Positions 37,134 to 45,985 are shown, counted from the first letter of the stretch. The stretch: 64,000 bases of DNA from Patescibacteria group bacterium (GCA_018970245.1 JAGWWT010000001.1:17548-81547); one strand, 5' to 3'. Made by a program: numbers and translations. The notes: generated by a model from the letters alone, not told the origin.

Positions 37134-38591
37134 ATGGCCTCGCTTGAAGAATTAAGGGCAACGCGCCAAAAGAAGCTGGATATCCTTAATAAAGCCGGCA
37201 TGGAGGCTTATCCCGTGTCCGTGCCAAAGGATCTGTCCCTGAAGGACGCGCGAGATAGGTTCAAAGAGCTGGAAGCCGGCAAAAAGGAGCTGTCTCTGGC
37301 AGGGAGGATCATGGCCATCCGCGGCCAAGGCGCCATCCAATTCTTCGTTCTTGACGATGGGACCGGCGCATTCCAGGCAGTCGTAAAGAAGGACGCGCTC
37401 AAGCCCGAGCTATTCGATCTGATCTCGGCCGCTGTCGACATCGGCGATATAATCAGCGTCACCGGCTCTCTTTTCGTCACCCAGCGCGGGGAACAGAGCC
37501 TCGAGGTCCATTCCTGGAAGATGGCATCCAAGTCGCTCGCGCCTCTTCCCGAGAAGTGGCACGGCCTTGCCGATCCAGACGAGAAGTTCCGGAAGCGCTA
37601 CCTGGATTTCATAATGGACCCTGAGACGCGAGAGGTGTTCTTCAAGAAAGCGAGATTCTGGCGTGCAGCCAGGGCGTTCATGGAAAAAGCGGGCTTTCTC
37701 GAAGTGGAGACGCCGACGCTCGAGACGACCACCGGGGGAGCGGAAGCCAATCCTTTCAGGACGCATCACGACGACTTCGACCTGGATGTATTCTTGCGCA
37801 TATCGGTCGGCGAGCTTTGGCAGAAGAGGCTTCTGGCTGCAGGATTCCCGAGGACATACGAGATCGGGCGGATCTACAGGAATGAAGGCACCAGCCCGGA
37901 GCATGCCCAGGAATTCACGAACATGGAATTCTACGCTTCGTATATGTCCTTCGACGAGGGGATCGCTTTCACTGAGAAGCTCATAAGGGAGATGTCCAAG
38001 GAAGCCTTCGGCACCTCGGCGTTCGAGATCAAAGGCAACAAGATCGATTTGGCCGGCGAATGGAAGCGGATCGACTATGTCGAGACGGTCGAGAAGATGA
38101 CCGGCATCGACGTCCTCAAGGCTTCAGAGAAGGAAATGGAGGCTAAGCTCAAAGAGCTGAAGGTCGAGTTCGAAGGCCAGAATCGCGAGAGGCTGGTGGA
38201 TACGCTCTGGAAATTTTGCCGCAAGCAGATCGTCGGGCCGGCGTGGCTCGTAGGCCATCCTAAGCTCGTGTCGCCCCTTTCCAAGGCCGACCCGAAGGAC
38301 CCCGATAAGACTCTGCGCGTTCAGCTCATACTCGGCGGCTCCGAGATGACCAACGGCTTCGCAGAGCTCAATGATCCGATCGATCAGCGCTCCAGATTCG
38401 AGGAGCAGAAGAAGCTCATCGCCTCGGGTGACAAGGAAGCGATGATGCCCGATCTAGAATTCGTGGAGATGCTCGAGCATGCCATGCCGCCAGCTTTCGG
38501 GTTCGGCGTTGGCGACAGGCTTTTTTCTACGTTGGCCGGCAAGCCGCTTCGCGAGACGCAGATGTTCCCGCTGATGAGGCCTAAGATGTAG
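37134..38591 (+). CDS. lysS: Lysyl-tRNA synthetase (class II)
   Basis: 485 aa. N-terminal OB anticodon-binding domain and class II motifs 1-3. Confidence 0.9.
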   Translation: MASLEELRATRQKKLDILNKAGMEAYPVSVPKDLSLKDARDRFKELEAGKKELSLAGRIMAIRGQGAIQFFVLDDGTGAFQAVVKKDALKPELFDLISAAVDIGDIISVTGSLFVTQRGEQSLEVHSWKMASKSLAPLPEKWHGLADPDEKFRKRYLDFIMDPETREVFFKKARFWRAARAFMEKAGFLEVETPTLETTTGGAEANPFRTHHDDFDLDVFLRISVGELWQKRLLAAGFPRTYEIGRIYRNEGTSPEHAQEFTNMEFYASYMSFDEGIAFTEKLIREMSKEAFGTSAFEIKGNKIDLAGEWKRIDYVETVEKMTGIDVLKASEKEMEAKLKELKVEFEGQNRERLVDTLWKFCRKQIVGPAWLVGHPKLVSPLSKADPKDPDKTLRVQLILGGSEMTNGFAELNDPIDQRSRFEEQKKLIASGDKEAMMPDLEFVEMLEHAMPPAFGFGVGDRLFSTLAGKPLRETQMFPLMRPKM

Positions 38592-38672
38592 TCAGAGATG
38601 GCAGGTTGACAGGCGCCGCGAGGCTTAGCGGATCACACGGTCCCTCGGCTCGGATTTTTTATTCACAGAAAC

Positions 38673-38757
38673 CCATTTGCATGACATTATTAACGGCCTA
38701 GTTGAGCTGCGCTGCAGAAAAATTACAACACACGAGCGACCAGATCGACGTTTCAAT
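38673..38757 (+). repeat. Copy B of the conserved ~85-nt intergenic element
   Basis: ccatttgcatgacattattaacggcctagttgagctgcgctgcagaaaaattacaacacacgagcgaccagatcgacgtttcaat, preceded by GGATTTTTTATTCAC after lysS. Confidence 0.8.
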
Positions 38758-38768
38758 AAGATCGATTC

Positions 38769-38895
38769 AAAGGACTCTCGATGTTTGATGGGACTCTCGA
38801 TTACTTAACATATTTTTGGTGGTGTGACCCATTATGTTGCGAGTCCATATCTTATGACCCGCCTTTTAAGAGCTATCCACAGCTTATCCACCGCT
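38769..38895 (+). promoter_or_regulatory. AT-rich mraZ upstream region with direct repeats (GGACTCTCGAT x2; TATCCAC-N5-TATCCAC)
   Basis: ggactctcgatgtttgatgggactctcgat and gctATCCACagcttATCCACcgc, 140-260 nt upstream of mraZ. Confidence 0.3.
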
Positions 38896-39032
38896 AAATA
38901 GCTTGTGTATTACCGGTGGAGTGGTTTAAAATACCCATCAAGTGGGAAGAAGTGGTAAAGCGTCGGTCTCCGAAAATTTTTTACAAAATTTCGCGCGCTA
39001 CGCCTGACCATCCTTCCCGCCGGCATATTTCT

Positions 39033-39473
39033 ATGCTCATCGGAGAACACCGCCATACTATCGATGACAAGAATCGCCTGTCGCTTCCCGCCAAGTTCCG
39101 AAAGGAAATGGGACGCGCAGTTGTGATCACGCCGGGACTCGACTCCTGTCTCTTCGTCTTTTCGGCGAAGGAATGGGAGAAGATCTCCGGACGCTTGTCA
39201 GCGGGAGATTCTTCGATACTGCAGGCGGACAACCGCGGCTTCAACCGCTTCCTCCTCGGAGGGGCCGTTGAAGCTCCGGTTGATGCAGTCGGCCGCATGC
39301 TTCTACCGGAACATCTGCGCGAGCACGCCAGGCTCAAGACGAATGTCGTCTTCCTAGGCGTCGTGGACCGCGCCGAGATCTGGGACGAAGAGACTTGGAG
39401 CGCCTATCGGAAGGGTGTGACGGACAACGCCAACGCCCTCGCCGAGAAGCTAGGCCAGGCGGGCGTGAAGTGA
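39033..39473 (+). CDS. mraZ: Division/cell-wall cluster transcriptional regulator MraZ
   Basis: Start MLIGEHRHTIDDKNRLSLPAKFR, with the duplicated MraZ fold motif (second half GAVEAPVDAVGRMLLPEHLRE). Confidence 0.8.
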   Translation: MLIGEHRHTIDDKNRLSLPAKFRKEMGRAVVITPGLDSCLFVFSAKEWEKISGRLSAGDSSILQADNRGFNRFLLGGAVEAPVDAVGRMLLPEHLREHARLKTNVVFLGVVDRAEIWDEETWSAYRKGVTDNANALAEKLGQAGVK

Positions 39474-39532
39474 GGAGTATGGAGAAAGGAGAAAGGAGTA
39501 AGGAGAAAGGAGTAAGGAGCGACGAGAAAGGA
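39474..39532 (+). repeat. Heptamer array (AAGGAGA/AAGGAGT)n spanning the mraZ-rsmH junction and rsmH N-terminus
   Basis: ggagaaaggagaaaggagtaaggagaaaggagtaaggagcgacgagaaaggag, with SD-like units. Confidence 0.8.
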
Positions 39533-40462
39533 GATTCAGTCCACAAACCAGTACTTTTAAATGAAATCATCGGATATTTGACGGATCTGCCTGAACATCC
39601 GTCCGATATCTCGTATCTCGATGGGACTCTAGGCGGAGCAGGGCATGCTCTCGCCGTCGCTGAGGCCTTGAAGGAGAAAGGCGTGCGCCATCTGACGCTG
39701 GCCGGCTTGGACAGAGATCCGGCTGCCATCGCACGCGCCGCCGTCGCCCTGCAGGGGAAGGCTTCCAAGCTGATCCTTGAGAACGAAGATTTTCGGAACC
39801 TGGATAGGGTCCTCGATAAGCACGGCATGAAGGCCGTCGACCTTATCCTCCTAGATCTAGGCATCTCTTCGGATGAGCTAGAGTCTTCCGGCCGCGGCTT
39901 CACCTTCCAGAAGGACGAACCGCTCCTCATGACTCTTGGCGATCCGGCCCGGTACCAATTCACGGCCAAAGACATCGTGAACGGCTGGGAAGAGGAGGTG
40001 CTCGCGAACATCATTTTCGGATATGCAGAAGAAAAGTTCGCCAGGCGCATAGCCAGAGCCATCGTCATCTACCGGTCCAAGAAGAAGATAGAGACGTCGA
40101 TGGAGCTGGCCGAGATCGTCAAGAATGCCGTTCCTCCGTTCTACCGTCGCGGGAAGATCCACCCGGCCACCAAGACCTTCCAGGCCTTGCGCATCGCCGT
40201 CAACGACGAGCTTGAAGCGCTCCGTGAAGGCCTCGCCAAGGGATTCGACAGGCTGGCGCCTGGCGGCCGGATGGCAGTGATCTCCTTCCACAGCCTCGAA
40301 GACAGGATAGTGAAAGGATTCTTCAAAGACAAAGGGAAGCTGGGAGCGGACGTCCTCACCAAGAAGCCGGTCACCGCCGCTCAAGAAGAGATCTCGTCCA
40401 ACCCACGATCCCGCAGCGCGAAATTGCGAGTTATTTCTAAGAACAAAAACCAAAATAAATGA
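39479..40462 (+). CDS. rsmH: 16S rRNA (cytosine1402-N4)-methyltransferase RsmH (MraW)
   Basis: HKPVLLNEIIGYL and DGTLGGAGHA motifs. The only available in-frame start is the ATG at 39479, inside the heptamer array, so the N-terminus MEKGERSKEKGVRSDEKGD is repeat-encoded. Confidence 0.75.
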   Translation: MEKGERSKEKGVRSDEKGDSVHKPVLLNEIIGYLTDLPEHPSDISYLDGTLGGAGHALAVAEALKEKGVRHLTLAGLDRDPAAIARAAVALQGKASKLILENEDFRNLDRVLDKHGMKAVDLILLDLGISSDELESSGRGFTFQKDEPLLMTLGDPARYQFTAKDIVNGWEEEVLANIIFGYAEEKFARRIARAIVIYRSKKKIETSMELAEIVKNAVPPFYRRGKIHPATKTFQALRIAVNDELEALREGLAKGFDRLAPGGRMAVISFHSLEDRIVKGFFKDKGKLGADVLTKKPVTAAQEEISSNPRSRSAKLRVISKNKNQNK

Positions 40463-40803
40463 CAAGAACGATGACAGCAGCATACGATCTCGCCAACGAA
40501 CATCGCAGGCAGATAGTCTGCAGCCTTTTGATCGCGAGCTCATGCCTAGCGGCCATTTATGTGCTGAACATCTATTCGGTCGTCTCTAAGACCGTCGCCC
40601 TCCAGAGGACGGAGAAGCAGATCGCATCGCTCTCGCAGGGCGTCGAGGACCTAGATTCGCAGTATCTGGCCCTTTCGAGCAAGATCACGCCGGATTCCCT
40701 GAAGGAATACGGCTTGTCGCAGGTGCAGGTCTCGGAATACATCTCCCGCTCCTCCACGCTCGGCGTAAGCCAGCTGGCCGTCTCTGGCGGACATGAACTC
40801 TGA
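40459..40803 (+). CDS. ftsL: Cell division protein FtsL-like
   Basis: 114 aa: short cytoplasmic N-terminus, one TM, periplasmic coiled coil. Positioned between rsmH and ftsI with overlapping stop/start. Confidence 0.45.
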   Translation: MTRTMTAAYDLANEHRRQIVCSLLIASSCLAAIYVLNIYSVVSKTVALQRTEKQIASLSQGVEDLDSQYLALSSKITPDSLKEYGLSQVQVSEYISRSSTLGVSQLAVSGGHEL

Positions 40804-42535
40804 TCAACGCCTGCGTTCGCGGCTGATCTTCGGCCTATTCATCATGGGCGCAGCCGTTTTGGCCGTCTCCCTGTATTGGACGCAGATCGTCCAAGGCTCG
40901 CAATATCAGGCCAAGGCCGACCAGCAATACGACAAGCCCAATGCCGCGCAATTCGACCGCGGCACCATATATTTCGAGTCGCGGGACGGCACGAGAGTAG
41001 CGGCGGCGACCGTAGGCAGCGGGTATCTCGTTTTCATCAATCCATCGCAGCTCGCCGACCCGGCCGAAGCGTATTCGGCCCTCTCGCAATTCATATCCGT
41101 CGACCGCGCCTCATTCATGGCCAAAGCCACGAAGCCGAACGATCATTATGAGGTAGTCGCCGACCGGATCGCTACCGACGCCGCCCAATCCATACGCGGG
41201 CTCCAGATCGCCGGCCTGAACGTCGCTCCAGAGACATGGCGCTCATACCCGGGCGGCACGCTGGCAGCTCATGTCCTCGGCCTCACAGGCGAGGATGGCA
41301 GCTCCACGAACGTCATCGGCCGCTACGGCCTCGAGCGGTCTTACGAGGATGTCCTGGGGCGAGCTTCCGCTGGTTCGAGCGCTAACGTCTTCGCCCAGCT
41401 CTTCGGCGGCATCGGCACGGCGCTAGGGGGAGCATCATCGCAGAGCGGCGATATCGTCACGACCATAGACCCTACCGCTCAAAAATACTTGGAGCAGACC
41501 CTCAGCCAGACCGAGTCAGTATGGCATTCTGACGAGATCGGCGGTATAGTGATGGACCCGACCACTGGCGAGATCGTAGCCATGTCGTCGCTGCCGAGCT
41601 TCGACCCGAACGACACCTCATCGATAAAGGACGTATCGGTCTTCTCCGATCCGCTCGTCGAGCACGTATATGAGATGGGATCGATCATGAAGCCGCTCAC
41701 CATGGCTATGGCGCTCGATTCCGGGGCAGAGAAGCCCGACTCCTTATATGACGATACGGGCACGATGGTATTGAACGGCATGAAGATAGCCAACTACGAC
41801 GGCCGCGCGCGCGGGATCATCCCGATGCAGCAGATCCTATCGCAGTCGCTGAACATAGGCGCCGCCACTATAGCCTTGAAGACCGAGAAGGATATCGGCA
41901 CCGGGACCATGTTCAAGTATTTCAGCGATTACGGCCTCGGCGAGAAGTCCGGCATCGATGAGCCGAGCGAGGCCTCCGGCCTCATCTCCAACATCAAGCC
42001 TGGGCCTAACCTGCGCGATATTAACATCGCCACCGCGTCCTTCGGGCAAGGCATCGCCGTCTCGCCCATAGAGATGGTCAGGGCTCTTTCGGTCATAGCT
42101 AATGGCGGTTATCTCGTGACGCCGCATGTCGTGGATGAGATCGACCATACCGACGGTACGGTGCAGAGGATCTTGCCCCAAAAAGAAGGCCCAGTCATCT
42201 CCAAGACCGCCGCTGAAGACGTCACCTTGATGCTCATAAAGGTGGTCGATGACACGATGGCCAAGGTCCATAAGGACATGCATTGGCAGCATTATTCGAT
42301 CGCCGCCAAGACCGGCACGGCCCAGATCCCGGACCATGTCCATGGAGGCTATTATCCGAACCGCTATCTGCACTCCTTCTTCGGTTTTTTCCCGGCATAT
42401 GATCCGCGGTTCATAGTTTTCTTGTACCAGGTCTATCCCAAAGGCGCCGAATACGCCTCGGAGACTCTGACGGATCCCTTTAGCCAGATGGCGAAGTTTC
42501 TGATAAATTACTACAACATAGCTCCGGACAGGTAA
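40793..42535 (+). CDS. ftsI: Penicillin-binding protein (FtsI-type transpeptidase)
   Basis: 580 aa with an N-terminal TM and SIMK (SxxK), SQSLN (SxN) and KTGTA (KTG) motifs. Confidence 0.8.
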   Translation: MNSDQRLRSRLIFGLFIMGAAVLAVSLYWTQIVQGSQYQAKADQQYDKPNAAQFDRGTIYFESRDGTRVAAATVGSGYLVFINPSQLADPAEAYSALSQFISVDRASFMAKATKPNDHYEVVADRIATDAAQSIRGLQIAGLNVAPETWRSYPGGTLAAHVLGLTGEDGSSTNVIGRYGLERSYEDVLGRASAGSSANVFAQLFGGIGTALGGASSQSGDIVTTIDPTAQKYLEQTLSQTESVWHSDEIGGIVMDPTTGEIVAMSSLPSFDPNDTSSIKDVSVFSDPLVEHVYEMGSIMKPLTMAMALDSGAEKPDSLYDDTGTMVLNGMKIANYDGRARGIIPMQQILSQSLNIGAATIALKTEKDIGTGTMFKYFSDYGLGEKSGIDEPSEASGLISNIKPGPNLRDINIATASFGQGIAVSPIEMVRALSVIANGGYLVTPHVVDEIDHTDGTVQRILPQKEGPVISKTAAEDVTLMLIKVVDDTMAKVHKDMHWQHYSIAAKTGTAQIPDHVHGGYYPNRYLHSFFGFFPAYDPRFIVFLYQVYPKGAEYASETLTDPFSQMAKFLINYYNIAPDR

Positions 42536-42545
42536 TAAAATTGCA

Positions 42546-42573
42546 GAATTAGGAATTAAGAATTAAGATTTAT
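42546..42573. repeat. Heptamer tandem array (AATTAGG/AATTAAG)
   Basis: gaattaggaattaagaattaagatttat, ending 2 nt before the 4HB start codon. Confidence 0.8.
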
Positions 42574-42575
42574 GG

Positions 42576-42977
42576 ATGGGTCTACTAGACGCTCCAAGAA
42601 GCAAGATCAGATCATTCACAGACCTCAAATCCTGGAAGGAAGGCCATGGATTAGTAGTCTTGACCTATAGGATAACGGCAAAATTCCCGCGTTCTGAGCT
42701 TTATTCTCTCACTGATCAGATGCGTAGAGCTGCTTCTTCAGTAACCGCAAATATAGCGGAAGGGTTCGGGAGGCGAAGCTATAAAGAAAAGATCCAATTC
42801 TACTATCATTCACAGGGTTCTTTGACTGAATTGAAGGATCATATTTTGACAGCTAAGGATATCGGATATTTGAATGAGGATGATTTAAGATCCTTGGCAG
42901 AATCGGCCAATATGACTCACAGATTGCTTCAAGGACTCATAACGAAATCCAAGTCCTTCTTAAATCTTAAATCCTGA
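42576..42977 (+). CDS. Four-helix-bundle protein (23S rRNA-IVS protein family, TIGR02436; DGR Avd-like fold)
   Basis: 133 aa with the hallmark SVTANIAEGFGRRSYKEKIQFYYHSQGSLTELKDHILTAKDIGYL. Paralogous to 58549..58935. Inserted between ftsI and murF. Confidence 0.75.
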   Translation: MGLLDAPRSKIRSFTDLKSWKEGHGLVVLTYRITAKFPRSELYSLTDQMRRAASSVTANIAEGFGRRSYKEKIQFYYHSQGSLTELKDHILTAKDIGYLNEDDLRSLAESANMTHRLLQGLITKSKSFLNLKS

Positions 42978-42990
42978 TTCTTAATTCCTG
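42957..42990. repeat. Heptamer tandem array overlapping the 3' end of the 4HB gene
   Basis: ttcttaaatcttaaatcctgattcttaattcctg encodes the C-terminal FLNLKS* and continues past the stop. Confidence 0.8.
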
Positions 42991-42998
42991 CTCAGCCC

Positions 42999-44303
42999 AT
43001 GCAACCCATCAAGAAAGCCATAATAAGCATCCTCACACTGGAGTCCAGGCTCATACTGCGCAAATACAGGCCATTCATCGTGGCCGTGACCGGCAGCGTA
43101 GGCAAGACTTCGACCAAGGACGCGATCTTCAGCGTCTTCAAGGGCCAAGGCGGCTATGTGCGGAAGAGCGAGAAGAACATGAACAGCGACATCGGCTTGC
43201 CGCTCACGATCATAGGCGTGCCGAATGCTTGGCGCAGCCCTTCGGCTTGGCTGAAGAACATAAGGGCCGGCCTGAGGCTCATCCTGTCCAAGAATGAATA
43301 CCCGGATTGCCTGATCTTGGAGGTGGGTGCGGATCACCCGGGAGACATCAGCAGGACGGTGAGATGGCTCAAGCCGGACATCGCCGTGATCACCAAAGTC
43401 TCGCAGACGCCGGTCCACGTAGAGTTCTTCAAGTCGCCTGAGGACGTCTTCAAGGAGAAAGCATCGCTCGCCGAAGGCGTCAAAGCCGGAGGGACAGTGA
43501 TCCTCTTTGCCGACGACGCGAAGGTCATGTCGATCGCCGATATGGTCAAAGCCAAGCAGTCGAGGATAGCGACCTTCGGGACAGCCGAAGGGTCGACGGT
43601 CAAGGGTTCTGGCTTCGAGACGGCATACGACGAGCAAGGCAGGCCGAAGGGGATCGCCTTCGGCATGCAGATGGGGTCGACGAGCCTGCGCGCATCGGTG
43701 GACGGCATACTGGGGCGCACATTCATGTACCCTCTCCTCACAGCGGCCGCAGCGGCTCAAGCGAGGGGTATCGATGCGGAAAAGATCGCCGAAGGCATCA
43801 ATTCCTATGAGGCGCCCAGGGGCAGGATGAACATCATAGAGGGCGCGAATGGCTCGATGATTATAGACGACACCTACAATTCCTCGCCCGATGCAGCCGA
43901 AGCGGCCCTAGAGACGATCAAATCGCTACGATGCGCCGGCTCGAAGATCGCGGTTCTCGGAGACATGATGGAGCTTGGCAAATTCTCGGCAGAGGAGCAC
44001 AGGAAGATCGGCGCGGTCGCAGCCTCATCGGTCGATCGGCTAGTGACAGTGGGGCCTAGGTCGCGTGCGACGGCGGAAGAAGCGGGGAAGAAAGGCCTCT
44101 CTCAGGCGATGATCGCGTCGTTCGATTCCGCAGACGAGGCCGCAAGCTTTCTCAAGCCGCTCGTAGGCCCTGGCGATACGATCCTGGTCAAAGGATCGCA
44201 ATCAGTGCGCATGGAGCGGGTCGTGAAAGCCCTGATGCGCTCGCCTGAAGACGCTGAGAAGCTGCTTGTCCGGCAGGAGCCGGAATGGCTGAGCAGGGCC
44301 TGA
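42999..44303 (+). CDS. murF: UDP-N-acetylmuramoyl-tripeptide--D-alanyl-D-alanine ligase (MurF)
   Basis: 434 aa. LRKYRPFIVAVTGSVGKTSTKD is a Mur-ligase P-loop with the MurF-type N-terminus. Confidence 0.7.
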   Translation: MQPIKKAIISILTLESRLILRKYRPFIVAVTGSVGKTSTKDAIFSVFKGQGGYVRKSEKNMNSDIGLPLTIIGVPNAWRSPSAWLKNIRAGLRLILSKNEYPDCLILEVGADHPGDISRTVRWLKPDIAVITKVSQTPVHVEFFKSPEDVFKEKASLAEGVKAGGTVILFADDAKVMSIADMVKAKQSRIATFGTAEGSTVKGSGFETAYDEQGRPKGIAFGMQMGSTSLRASVDGILGRTFMYPLLTAAAAAQARGIDAEKIAEGINSYEAPRGRMNIIEGANGSMIIDDTYNSSPDAAEAALETIKSLRCAGSKIAVLGDMMELGKFSAEEHRKIGAVAASSVDRLVTVGPRSRATAEEAGKKGLSQAMIASFDSADEAASFLKPLVGPGDTILVKGSQSVRMERVVKALMRSPEDAEKLLVRQEPEWLSRA

Positions 44304-44362
44304 GGCGCTTCCTGGAATGATCTCTTCGAATAAAAAAGCGGAGACGGGCTCCGCGGGCCGCC

Positions 44363-44770
44363 TCATCGCCAGAGGTCGGATTCGAACCAGCATGCCAGAG
44401 GATAGTCCTCGATGACCTTTTTCTTGTCGAACCGCCTGGCATATAGGATGCAGCATATGGCGCCGCCGGGCGGGACGAGCGGGGTCGTGATGCAGACCTC
44501 CATCCGTTCGGCCTCGGCTGACCGCATCTCGAATATGGTCTGCAATTTGTCTATGACCGGCCTTACGCTCATAGGGACCTTGAGGCCCCGGAAGTCTTTG
44601 AGATAAAGGCGCCAGTGCACGGTCCCGAATGAACGCCTTATCGAGGCTACCAAGTTCATAGACAAGATGGCGATCTTGTTATTGTGGATGATCCAGAAGA
44701 GCGTGCTTTCGTCGGTGCAATCTGCTTCGATATGCTTGCCGACACGATTTCTGTCTCGGATAACATTCAT
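44363..44770 (-). CDS. Hypothetical protein
   Basis: 135-aa ORF with a plausible coding pattern and no recognisable motif. Confidence 0.35.
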   Translation of the reverse strand: MNVIRDRNRVGKHIEADCTDESTLFWIIHNNKIAILSMNLVASIRRSFGTVHWRLYLKDFRGLKVPMSVRPVIDKLQTIFEMRSAEAERMEVCITTPLVPPGGAICCILYARRFDKKKVIEDYPLACWFESDLWR

Positions 44771-44873
44771 AAAAAGCGTTTCTCCGCATGGAAAAGTACC
44801 ACTATCTTAGCGTCAGGTCAACTATTTTTTGAGTTTTTTTGCGGAAAATGCTATGGTTCTTCCACCAGATCGC

Positions 44874-44948
44874 GGCCCTATCGTCTAGCCTGGTCTAGGA
44901 CACAGGATTCTCAATCCTGGAACCCGGGTTCAAATCCCGGTGGGGTCA
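44874..44948 (+). tRNA. tRNA-Glu (anticodon CTC)
   Basis: GGCCCTATCGTCTAGCCTGGTCTAGGACACAGGATTCTCAATCCTGGAACCCGGGTTCAAATCCCGGTGGGGTCA. D-loop TCGTCTAG is typical of tRNA-Glu; T-loop GGTTCAAATCC. Confidence 0.8.
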
Positions 44949-45083
44949 CCCGACCGAAAAAGCATCGAGCTTGTCTCGGTGCGTTTTCGTGTCGTGGGGC
45001 TAGCGGGATTTGAAAGACGGAGCGAGCGGAGGCGAGCGAGTCGGGGTCGCGGGCGAGCCGAGCACGGCGAGACCCGTGACCAA

Positions 45084-45112
45084 AATGTTGACAATATAGA
45101 AATTTAGTGTAA
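45084..45112 (+). promoter_or_regulatory. Candidate promoter TTGACA-N17-TAATTT
   Basis: tgTTGACAatatagaaatttagtgTAATTTaaaat, upstream of the 45155 gene. Confidence 0.3.
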
Positions 45113-45154
45113 TTTAAAATTAGACACCAGAACCAATAAATAGAAAGGGTAATT

Positions 45155-45772
45155 ATGAACGAACCAACACCGCTGTCGGAAGACAGGGTTAAAACGCTCT
45201 GCAAGATGGGTCGGGGCCCTGATACCTGCAGTTTCCTCATTGCGGGCACAGGCATGTGTTGTGCTAAGGGCTCAGTGTTCGAGCAGGCCATCTTGGAACG
45301 GCGGCCGACAATGAAAGCACAGGGTGACAACTGCTCTGGTCCTCCAGAGTTTAAACCCAATGCGAACCCCATGGACAAGACCGAGAACAATATGTCCAAC
45401 ATGGAGCTCTGGCAGTACATCGCCACACGAGCGGATCTCATCGGAGGCGATATGGAAGCGGTCGAGAGCGGGGACATATATCGTGGGCCTCTGAAGCGCA
45501 TCGTCATTGAAGGCGAAGAAGTCAGCCTGGAAACGGAGTGGTCGGCCAAAAGAGCGGAAGGGAGTGACGAGTGGACGAAATGGAACAACAACCGCATCTT
45601 CACGAATATCCCAATTACCCGCCCGGCAGGCGCTCTGGATGGTCGTGTGAGGTTCGACCTACTCCTTATCGGTTCGGTTACGATCTATCCGAATGGCGAC
45701 GACAATCTTGACCCGAACAAAGTCAAAGGACTCCGGCTCAAGCCGAGGAGGATTAAGACTTCTAAGGTATAA
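45155..45772 (+). CDS. Hypothetical protein (Cys-rich N-terminus)
   Basis: 205-aa ORF in the lower-GC segment after tRNA-Glu. Confidence 0.4.
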   Translation: MNEPTPLSEDRVKTLCKMGRGPDTCSFLIAGTGMCCAKGSVFEQAILERRPTMKAQGDNCSGPPEFKPNANPMDKTENNMSNMELWQYIATRADLIGGDMEAVESGDIYRGPLKRIVIEGEEVSLETEWSAKRAEGSDEWTKWNNNRIFTNIPITRPAGALDGRVRFDLLLIGSVTIYPNGDDNLDPNKVKGLRLKPRRIKTSKV

Positions 45773-45966
45773 CCGAGGACTCAACTTCCAACGCTATCAT
45801 AACGTCCAGCGATCACATCAAAGGATGTTTTTTATTTTACCAAAAGTTGCATTTCAGAAAGGCTGGATTTAATACAATTATGATACTTTACAAGTTCCGA
45901 AAGTCACCAGAATCGATTACAGGTGAACATCGTGAACGTTTTGAATATCTTATCTAAAGCAAATCG

Positions 45967-45985
45967 GGTATGAATGAAACGTTCA
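45967..45985. promoter_or_regulatory. 19-bp palindrome TGAATGAAACGTTCATTCA
   Basis: Perfect 8-3-8 inverted repeat in the AT-rich spacer, about 95 nt upstream of the 46081 start. Confidence 0.4.
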
